NCBI GenBank assembly: GCA_049999805.1
Contig: JBNGIO010005956.1
Coordinates: 1-51,613, forward strand
From: Folioceros fuciformis
Taxonomy: Eukaryota
Direction: 5' to 3'
DNA: 51,613 nucleotides
Part shown: in pieces, positions 39,051 to 49,300 of the stretch
Layout of the letters: each line of letters opens with the position of its first letter
How positions within the stretch are numbered: the first letter of the stretch is position 1
Notes under the pieces: generated by a model
The model's input: the letters and a program-made list of their open reading frames with translations, nothing else
The model's database searches: none
Told to the model about the DNA's origin: nothing
Position numbers and translations under genes: made by a program

Positions 39051-42000
39051 ATGCCTACCACGAGTGGGAAGCAAGGCACCAATCCGCCAACGAAGCAGCA
39101 ATCGCAGCCATTGCCTTCAGATGTGATCGATTTGAGGTACGCGTCGTGAGTGGTGAATTCTGATTATGGAGATTTTATGGGTTGAGTGCGGGATCCGAGG
39201 AGCGGAGTGCGGTTCATTGCAAGCTGGTGGGTGGTTGTGATTTGGCAGCAGTGACAGTAGTGAGAGCCACAGCAGTGAAGAGGACGCCGCTGTGGAGCAT
39301 GGGCACCGCCCCAAACCGTATGACCTGAGCGAGGGCCCTATTTGCAAGTTCGTGGAAGGTGCATTCTGGTTCAAGCCAACGGGAGGTGTTGCAAGAGCTT
39401 GAATTTGCCGTTTTTTTTTAAATTGGTGAGGGCAATGATTTGCTTTGGTTTGTAGGTGGGGGGTCGCCTGCAGAATTGTCAGCGCTGCAGCTCAAGGTGT
39501 TTCTACGGAAAGAGAATTTGCCATGGACTGGCAACAAGGACGTGCTTCTTGGAAGAGTTAAGGAGCATCTCAAGGTTGTTTCGCAGAATGGCAATGGTAG
39601 GCAGCTGATGCTCAGGATTGTTGAAATTTTCAGATTGATGAGCAGGTTTGGTTGTGAATTCTGTTGCTTCTGGTGCCGAGACGAGAAGTTGGAGCTTGTC
39701 AATCAGTAGAGGTGGTGTTGCAGTGATTGTGAAGGCGGGAGCACGGACTCCTAATGTTGTTTCCAAAGTTGAGTTTCAGAAGACGAGAAATTTGAGGTTG
39801 ACGGATTTCTACCCCAAGGAGACAGGCAAGCCTTTGGAAGGTCATACCCATCCATGTTTGATAGCCATGCCGTTGATGTTGTTCTTCTTCTTGTTTGCTG
39901 TTGTAATTGTTCATCACAGCGAGATGTTGGACCTTGTTTCTCACTGGAGGTGTGGTTGCAGAGACTGTGAAGGCGGGAGCACGGAAAGCTGAGGATGCTT
40001 TCAGTGTTTTTGATCAACCTCCACGCAAACGGTTGAGGCTGACGGATTCCAACCCCAAGGAAGTTTGCCAAAACCTGGAAGGACCCCCGCTTCCTCCTGT
40101 GATGGGTATGTTTTATTACTAGGACTTCTTCTTGCTGCGGGTATTGTTTTCGCCTGCCTTCCACTTCAAGTGATGGCGTCAATCCCCAGATGGAGGTGTG
40201 TTCGACGGAGAAGAAGGGGACGTGGAGGAAGAGGAAGAGGAGGAGGAAGAGGAAGAGGAGGAGGAAGAGGAAGAGGAGGAGGAAGAGGAAGAGGAGGAGG
40301 AAGAGGAAGAGGAGGAGGAAGAGGAAGAGGAGGAGGAGGAGGAGGAGGAAGAGGAGGAGGGGCAAGAGATGGGCGATAAGACTCAAAGGCTAAAACTCCC
40401 TGATACTGAAGTTTGCCAATATGCGTTAGGTGCGTGCTTCACTTCTCTCCCTGTTTCATTGACTCTCTTTGGTTGGATTTGAATGCCTGATCTCGTGTTT
40501 GAGCATACCTTGACTGTTCTCAAATGTGAAAGCTGCAGATGGTGGTGATCTTCAAAGGCTCCGAACTCGTCAATTGAAACTGTATTTGAGACAGCACAGA
40601 ATGAGGATGTGTGGAAGTAAACAAGAAATCATTAACCGGATAAAACTCCACGTCAGGTGCGTTTCTCCTATTGAACAGCTTGATCTTTGTGACTTGCTGA
40701 TAATTTCACTCTGACCGGTGTTGGTGATCAGATTAAAAAACGAGGGAGCTCAAGTATTGTTTCCGATTACTTCTTTCACTATCAACTGCACAGGTAAGCT
40801 GCCTTGCATGTCCTTTTCTGTATCAGGCAGGTATGTCCAGCTCAGTTGCTGATACATTTCTTGTCGGTTTCAGGAGACGTCTGCAAAGGCGACATCGTCC
40901 TTTTCCATCAAAATGTTTATCCAAAGTGTGTACATCTGACCGTTTTCACCGGGAAGCTGTTGCGCCTTTCTGATGGACGACTCGTGAATGTTTTTTTTCT
41001 GACTGATGTGCTGCAGAGACTCCTTTGATTACCTGGCGAGAACATCAAGCATGGCTCGAACTGGAGTCCGAACAGTAGCAGGCATTGTGACTAAGGAGGC
41101 ATATGGAGCTGACAAGCAGCAACACACCTTTACTGTGCGAACTTGTCCCTACTAACTGTTGGATTGCCAGTTGCCTATCATCACTGATTCCGTCTTGTGT
41201 GCTACTCTCAGATAGAGGTGTTTTGGACGTCAGGTCCACAACCACTGGGGGCTATGGAGCAATTACTCGTGAAGGGCCGAAATCTGTACAAGATACACAC
41301 ACTTCGGCAGGTACCTTTTCTTCTGCTTCTTTATCCTCACCCAGCAGGAAATGCTATTATGTAAGTTGCTGCCTCTTTCCGTATCCGTCACTGCTCTCTC
41401 TGAGACAATGTGCGTTACTCATCACTTGAAGGTAATACGATGTTGCATTATGAACTTTGTGCAGCCTTGGTATGACGAGGAAGAACGGAAAGCAGTTCTT
41501 GCTGAGAAGCACACACGTGGGGCTGTTGCCCGTGCTGAGAGGTCTCTCAGGAGGGGGCGTGCCAGAGACACCCGTGGCATTCCAGCCTCAACCAAGATCC
41601 CCAAACCCAACAAGACCCACAAGATCCACACGACCCACAAGGCCCCCAACACCCTCAAGAGCCCCAAGACCCAGAAGACCCCGACAGCACCAATTCCTAG
41701 AAGTGATGAGGAACAAAACTTCGAGCGCAGAGTGCCCCAGCAACAGACAGCGTTTTGCAACACTGGTCCACGGAGCCTTGCAACAAATATCCTTGGTAAC
41801 ACTTTCTTACTCCATGCCCACAGTGGGGAACAAGAGTACAAGGGCAGGCTGCCCCAGCAACAGCGAGCCCCTGATCACAAGGATCTCTTGGGGCAACGGC
41901 CAGCCCCTCATTACCATGGTATGCTGGGGCAACAACGAGTCCCTGATCACAATGGTATACAGAGGATTGTGCCAGATGTCAGTGGTACCCCTTCATTACC

Positions 42001-42160
42001 CCATGCCAGCAGGAACTATGCAATTAGATTCCCAAGACAAAGGAGTGGGACATGCCGTACCCCTCGCTGCAAGCAGGAGCTCGCAAGGGGTTGCCTCTTT
42101 CACAGTTGTGGGAGATGTTGCCCAAGAACCGGATGCCAGAGGCATGGCAAGCGGGGCTAA
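39051..42160 (+). CDS. SAP-domain protein of the plant C3H62/At5g66840-like family, 12 exons, 660 aa, apparently intact
   Basis: Exons 39051-39136, 39249-39358, 39456-39596, 39724-39840, 39962-40105, 40190-40429, 40539-40656, 40732-40793, 40874-40925, 41017-41134, 41212-41310, 41465-42160; all GT-AG and in phase (1983 nt). Two SAP motifs and the family signature SFTINCTGDVCKGDIVLFHQNVY...RTVAGIVTKEAYGADKQQHTFTIEVFW...KGRNLY...RQPWYDEEERKAVLAEKHTRG. Confidence 0.85.
40225..40359 (+). repeat. GAG/GAA coding microsatellite (45 consecutive Glu)
   Basis: Mostly an 18-bp unit gaggaagaggaagaggag within exon 6. Confidence 0.95.
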
Positions 42161-43580
42161 CCGGGGTCCGGATGAGAAAGATATCCCACCATGGAACATC
42201 AATGTAACACGTCATCCACCATCTACAGCAGCTGCACTGTCCCGCCTGCGCCCGTCAACAGGTATGGCTGTATCTCTTGGGAGCCTTACGGATGTACAGC
42301 TCCTGCCCAGTCTGCATCCAAAATCTTTGGTGGTGGCTGATGCAGTGAACTCGGTGAGGAGAGGAGAAGCACGAGGGTCGTGTGCTGCGCAGCGCACGAC
42401 CAATTCTTCTTGCGGTGTTGAGTTGGAAGATGGGCTGGTGACGTGTCTCTTCGGTTGTGTACAATGAATGCGCTGTAGCGTTTTGCATATACTGCAGCGG
42501 TGAAGAGATCCTTCCTTCCTCAAGGGGATGGAGGTCGCGGTGAAGGAGCCTGTGCAAACTCAGCCGGCGGATTTCGTCAAGATGTCACTGTGGAGGTTAC
42601 AGCGTTTCTACTGTGCGGAGTGGAACTCGAACTTGTGCTACACCTGTGTGGTTACGTACGTGGTCCATGTGAAACTCGTTCGAGCTTCTTGAATAGAACG
42701 GCCGTGAGACATCGATGTTGAGTGCTGAATGATCATGAGTGTTGAACGAGACAGATTTGCTCCGAGGATGAAAACAAAGTCCCATTCTTTGGTGTCTGCT
42801 TGTGGAGTGAGCAGGACGTAAAGTGGCTTAATCTCGTGATTGATGCATCCTGCTGATTGCTTGACAGTTGTTTGCCGTTTTGATCATCTCGGCACGGGGC
42901 TGTGAGGAATTCATATGCCGTATGCAAGCTTCTTCAAAGCTACAAAGTGGGCCAAGAAGGCACCTTGCGTTAGAACACTTCCAGGTCTAGTTTAACATTT
43001 TTGGCACGTGGGTCACATCTCTGAGCTCAAGTTTCCTAATGACATAGATTATCTGTTGCCGGAAGCCGAATCGTCTCTGACAACGTGTTTGCTTGTTCGA
43101 AGACAGTGCTGCGTATGTTCATCAAGGATGTACATACTTCCAAGGCCGTGGGGAAGTATGAAGCTTAAGGGGCGAGTCGCTTGATGCGCTGGGGGAGTCC
43201 CAGCACACAGTAATCCTCAGGTTGTCAAACAGATATTATTTTGTAGCCCAGCAGAACGTCGGGTTGCATTCTCCCACCTGTTCCAGACCTCGATCTTGTT
43301 GCAGGTCCATATTTTTATGCTAACGTGGAATCTGGAAACTCCTTCTGGTTCACTTTCCGACAAGGATAACTGCAAGTGGTCCTCTATCTGGCAGGATGCA
43401 CATGGCATCTTATCTGTACGCGTATCTCCTGAACAGCTATATCTACAGTAATATGACAGAAAAAAATCATTTTGAGCAACTGGACGTGCTAGCTGCATGG
43501 CGGCAAAATGAGAACTGTGATATTGAGGACCACCCAGTGATCTCGGGAGTGATTGTGATTGTGAATCGGGAGTGATTGTG

Positions 43581-44503
43581 TCACTCCCAATTCTCCTCGT
43601 CATCTGAATCGTCCGAAAACAGGAAAGGGAACGCACGTGGTGGCTCCGATTCCTCCTCTAAATCCCCTGTTCCCACAAACCGAATCACATGTGTAATGTG
43701 GGATCATGCCTGAAATCTGCAATGTGCTGACTAACTCTCGACATGCTTCAATTCTTTAAGTTGCAATCTACAATCAAAACTGAAATGTCATGCATGTGTC
43801 CCACCATCGGCATTGTCGTCTATTGCCGTAGGCCCACCGTTCTCTCTCTGGTGCAAGACACGATGAGAACAAGTTAGGTGAAAACTCAACTTAACAGGGA
43901 ACCTCAAACATCAGACAGCAGGAATATATGCACGCGTAGGCACATATCCGCCCACCTTGAACCTCTCGGCCCTCTTGAACAACTCCCTGAAAGCCCTGAC
44001 TTTGGATACATTGTAAAACCGACCTCTCGTCAGCTTCACCCAAATGTGCTTCCGCCAAGACTTCTGTGACCGTGGCACGATATCGGCATGTGTCTCGAAG
44101 GCGGTACCACTCAACGTGCGTCCAGCTTATCACAAACCCCTTCATTAACACTTCGGCCCAGCTTCAGCAGGATGCATGAGAGACCGACATCGACTCACAC
44201 ACTCTGACTGGATGTACATATATATGCTGCAAAATCGCAGCCTTACAGGACTGCGGGTATGCAACAAGCAACACGTATGGGTCCCGACGTCATACCGTCC
44301 GAGCACGTCCCAGGAGCACACGTGCATGCAAAGAGAAACTGGCCGGTCCTGTGGATTTCTGCTTTCCCAAAGGTTACTGTATTTCCGCTTCCTTTAGCGG
44401 CGCACACCACTTCCATCAAAACCTCATCGTCGTGCGCTTTTGACACCCACGGCGCGATGGGTGCCATACCTTTGCATCGTTTCTCCCATTCCCGGGTGAT
44501 CAT
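43581..44503 (-). CDS. Unit D: ULT-like SAND-domain protein, at least 4 exons, open frame, start uncertain
   Basis: Exons 44503-44296, 44125-43956, 43847-43805, 43666-43581 are in phase; LSGTAFETHA...KSWRKHIWV; tail AFPFLFSDDSDDEENWE*. An in-frame stop near 44598 limits upstream extension. Confidence 0.65.
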
Positions 44504-46654
44504 CAGTCCCACAATGTTATCCCTCGGTTCCGCGTTGTCGACGTGGATTTCACCCGACAGCGCGGCAATTGTCAGCGTCTCCTTCGAATCTTGTCTTTAC
44601 CACTCGGAAACTCTTTCATACGCTAAACCTATTGTGAGACTAGTTCTGCTTGTGCTAAGCCTGAACTACCCTTTGTGCTATACTATGATGTGGCTCTTCT
44701 TTCTCCTAAGCTCAGAACACTATGTGCTCCAATTAACATCCAGACAGCCAGACCGGGATGAAAAAAGAAAAAATCAAGAAATTTCATGTATTGTTAACAA
44801 AGGGTATAACCCCGATGAAACTAGTACAGGACAGGGAGAATTTCTAAACTCCTCACTATCACTAATCTTACTACTGGCCACATATAGCTCAATTTTGTTG
44901 CTCCACCTTTGGTAACTAATACAATTCCATTTAATAAACTGATATAAAACAACGTATGGTGACGAAAGGGGTTTGTCTCAAAAGCTCGTCTTGCACTTGG
45001 GTTATCACATATTTACAATGCATGTGTTAAAAGGCAATCAATTCAACTTGATTCATTAGGATTGTGAGTGTTGATGCATTGGAGTTTCTTGCCTTTTCTC
45101 TTTCTTGGAATTTTAGTATGTACTGTATTTGAGTGGAAGATGTACTACATGTGATGAATAGCATTGGAGTGTAAGTAGGAGAATTGGTTCGTCATCCAAG
45201 CTCTATGAATCTAACCTTTCCAACAAAGGGACAATGATGTTGTACCTAATGGGTTGTAGACAAGGTTATTGTTTGCAGCAATAGGATCAAAAGATACTTG
45301 CTGAGGTGAGGCCCTAGGGGCGTTCAAATATAAAGTGTCCAAATGTTCCTCATCCTAGGTGGGTCCTTTGCATTGAAAAAAGCACATTGCTTTCCACATC
45401 ATGAGTTGTTGGCATGGAGTGCTATGTTTGCAGCCCCTACTCAGCAAGAGCAAGGACAAGAGGCCTTGGGGAATTTATCAGCACACGCAAGGGGAAGGAG
45501 TGACAGCTAATGCTCGCACTTTTGTCAATGTTCCCCAAGTTGGTGGCAAGGCAAGGGCCGTACGGGAAGGCTATCGGGTTCATGCTCACGTTGAGAATAG
45601 CACATTTGGGGTCAATATGCGCAGCAGGGGGATATCGTTGTGACTATGCCCCAGCTCGACGAGGATTTGTTGGAGATGCTATTGATGATTTTGTAGGGGG
45701 TAACTAGTAATGAGTTTGATGATTTGTAGGGGATAACTAGCAATGAGTTTCAAAAGGCCGGTTGGCAAGCCCTCATAGATCAAAGTTAGGGTTAGGTTCT
45801 TGGCGGGAGTTAGGGTTAGGTTCTAGGCGAATGTGAGAAAGATTTTTGAGCGTGTGACTGATATCGGCCCTGGTAGGTTGTGATGGGGGGTTCTTGGCCA
45901 AGATAGTATAAGGGGCTAGTCCTGCCATTTAGGAGGGGGTAGTCCTTTGGTGTGATTCCCCTTTGCCCTGCGTGCATGCTGCTAGATTGGGATGCTGGTA
46001 TGGTGTGAGTGTGTTGTATGGGCTTGATCCCCTAGCCACTAAGAGGGGATCCATGGTCTGCTAAGATCTGTGTGGCCAGATCCGAGGCTGTGGGCCCTTC
46101 TTGCTTGTTGGTTGAGGTGCCTTGACGTCCTTGGGGGGGTTTCCAAGGTAAGGGTTGTTGGGCTGTGAGCCAAGGAGGCTATCTAGCCCAAGACCTCACG
46201 TCTCTACCTTAAGGCTACAGGTGGGAAAGCTGCTGTGTTGCAAATTCTAGGAGCTAGAGAGTTGTGTTGCGAATTTCAGGGTGCTGAAGTGAGGAGTTGA
46301 AGTTGAAGAGGTGGAATAGTGAGTCTAGGAGTACTTTTTCAACTGCTAAGGTAGCTTGTGCATGCATTAGGAATAAAGTTATGGGGTTAGACCTAACTGT
46401 TGTAGCTATTGTTAAGGCTGGGCAGGGGATGATAGGTAGGATAAGGTTAGCATGTTAGAATAGCTTAGGTTGACTGCCCTGGCACGATATCACTCCCTTG
46501 GGAACGAATCTTAGGACTGCAACGATAAGAGGGTTAATGTAGGCCTCTTGGTGATCCTTTGGCCAAGAGGGTCACTCCACATTTGTACTGCTCCATTTGC
46601 AAATCTAAGGGATAAGCGTGCTAGTAGGTGCAATGTTTACCAATCTCTAGTGTG

Positions 46655-48018
46655 GGCAAGCGGGTATGATACCCCTACCAAGCACCCGCTCACAGTAATG
46701 TATTATGGCGACATCAATTCCATGGTCGTTGTAGGCATCCTCGGAATCGCTCCCCTCCAAGCCTGGTTAGCTACGTCTACGGTAATCATTCCCCTATGAC
46801 AATCAACACTCCCAATCACGTACCTACCAATTCTACAACATGTCCAAATAGTGGGAGGGCACCATTCCCTCATTTAGAAGGACCCCATTAGTCCCCCTAT
46901 CGATTTCTACCTCCTTACACTCAATACCCTTCCCTCACAAGGCTCCCTACGACACCTTCCTCAACCTAGCAATCTAGCTACTCGTTTCCCTACATTCAAC
47001 ACTCCCAACCAGACACCACAAAAACCCTTGCAATTGGCAACAAAAAGAGCACTCGCATCTCCACCTTCCGCTAGGATGTCAACGTAGACTTACAAAAGTT
47101 GGTTCACTACTTGTCACAAAACAACTTACAATCCAAAAAAATGATCCCCGCTCAAGTTCTTCGTTCTACTTACATCAGATTGCAAACGACTTCCTACCTA
47201 CTACTAGCCGCCGCCAGCTTTAACTACGCATGCCTACCAAGAGGCTAAGACCTACCAATAATTGCTAGGACAGTGCGTGCCACTGAAGATTGGGACTGTC
47301 GGCGTTGCCATAGAAGATTCTTAGACCCCCTCTCCAAAAAGGAGTGGCTAGGAATGCTCCTGAAGGGAGGGAGAGTCAACAGGCTAAGCTATTGGGTCCC
47401 CCTCCATTATTGGGATTCGTCTTCTCTTGGATCCGCAAGCTTCCACCATACCTTTCTCTATGTGGATCTCTTGGAACATCCCTTCACCGCCACCTACAGG
47501 TTCAATAGGGAAGGGATCCACTTGTTCTTCAACTTGAGGCTCCTTCCCTACGTAGAGTGAGAATGTCCCCTTCGTAGGTATGTTCATTGTTACTCCCCTC
47601 GTACGTAGGTTCCCTACTTGTCGTAGATAAGCTCCCTACCATTTCCATTGCGTAGGTAGGCTCCCTACCACTTGCTTTTTGTAGGTGGGGTGTCTACCCA
47701 TATAAGTACCTTCCTGCCTATAAGTAGACATCCTACATACCTTTAGAAGACAATACCCTGCCTACGTATGCAGGTCAACATTCTACTAGGTAGGTGTCTT
47801 CTTGTTTCGATGTAATACTACCTCGTCCTATTGCCACACACCTAACCTACTGAAACAAAACTTAACAAATCTAATAAAACCTTCACTTGCTGCTCACTAC
47901 CTACCGTGGGCGCTTGCCCAAAAACCTGCCTTCCACATGCCTCCCTTCGAACTGTCCTAAGCAAAAAGAAACCAAGCCAGACTTTCCTAGACTGATAACC
48001 AAACTTTTTCGTTCCACA
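46655..48018 (-). mobile_element. Deleted derivative of the gypsy-like family (terminus TGTGGAAC on the - strand)
   Basis: Homologous to 2640-2990, 4340-4990, 7700-7870 and 15321-16470. Confidence 0.75.
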
Positions 48019-48549
48019 ACTGATCACGGGAGATATATGTTAACAGGGGTAGGAAATGAGGTTAAGCACGTGGTTGCTTAGAGCATAGCAGCAACCAAAA
48101 AAATACCACTACATGGCACTCACATGTCTAGCAAGAAGCACACCACCAGTGAAAACACCCCAAGAAAAACTACTGGCAAGAAAGCACCTGCTTTAGGGAT
48201 CAACGATTGCAATGAGCAACAACAACAGCGACACACAAGTTGCTTACAGTAAGGTAGCAATCCAAAAAATATATAGAACTAAATACATAGCTCGAAGAAA
48301 ACAAACGTGATAAAATCCAAAACATGCAAACGAACATACACTAGTAGGAAACATTAGATAAGTTGTTTACAACATAGTAGCAACTCAAAAAAGAAACCAT
48401 TGCACAACATCAACACCAGTCAAAGGTACACCACAGCACGTGCATTAGGGATCAATAGTCACGATCAACTAACAGTAGCAGAAGCGACAAATGAATGTCA
48501 CAACCTTTTTTGTGCTGCTACCCTATTGTAAGCAGCTTGCCACTTGAAT

Positions 48550-49300
48550 GTCAATATTCTAAAGACCGCCTTGACCAACCCTTCGCAAAATGATGGATAC
48601 GCATTGTCGAAAGAAGACAACCACAAAGTAAAGGGAAAGAACCTCATTCCTATGACCATAAGTTAAATACACCTTTGCACACTCCTTAATAAGCCTTGAA
48701 AGTCCTTACTCATGGCCCCATTGGTCTTGAGACCAAGGAGGATGAAAACATGCCCATTATACATGTGAGAATACCTTTGGACTTTATATAGCAATCGCCC
48801 AACCCTCTACCACTCATCCAGGTCTCATCTCATGTTGCATCATGAGTGGCAATGCATTGCCCCTTAAAGGGAAAACATGCCAATTGTACATGAGACCCTA
48901 AGTCGACAATGGTGGCCGCACAATTGCATGTAAAGAGAAAATGGACCAAACCTATGTGGAATCTCATTGTGATCGCAAAAGTTGTTCGTGCCATTAAAAA
49001 CATCTCAATGCAAGGTTGAGCCACAAGTCACGAGCCCACTCCTTTACATAAAAAGGAGCAGATACAATCCCTAAGAAGGCTGGAGGATGGGTGTCTAAGA
49101 GAAGGGCATTTAGCGCTTGTGCATATTTCTTTTCTAGGAGGGAGGCCCTCAACCCTTTCCTACAAAAGGAGGTGAGAGAAGGTACAACCTCTTGAGCCTC
49201 CAAAGGTAAAGAGTCTTTTATTTGCTTATGAGACATTTGTAAAGCACAAATCCCCTTCTCGACACACAAGATGAAATCCTCTAAAAGAGGAGAATCGCAA
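48550..49300 (-). mobile_element. CRE-like (RLE-bearing) non-LTR retrotransposon remnant
   Basis: RFHIGLVH...CNCAATIVDLGSH...C...IATHD (zinc finger), then GHVFILLGLKTNGAMSKDF / LIKECA...FFRQCVSIILRR (endonuclease C-terminus); frameshifted. Confidence 0.6.

Noticed and set aside
39751-40393. RGG-rich, poly-R/K and poly-L/F ORFs
   Set aside because: Alternative frames of the GAG/GAA microsatellite; only the Glu frame is in phase with neighbouring exons.
41457-42467. 336-aa overlapping ORF
   Set aside because: Starts at GTG in an intron, has no recognisable motif, and shadows GC-rich repetitive exon 12, whose frame is fixed by family homology.
19130-44600. Zisupton/KDZ-type transposon suggested by SAP domains plus Cys-rich motifs
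   Set aside because: No transposase catalytic motifs, terminal inverted repeats or TSDs seen; the SAP gene matches a host gene family with introns.
45784-45825. TTAGGG telomere-like motifs
   Set aside because: Only two isolated units within a short local duplication; not an array.
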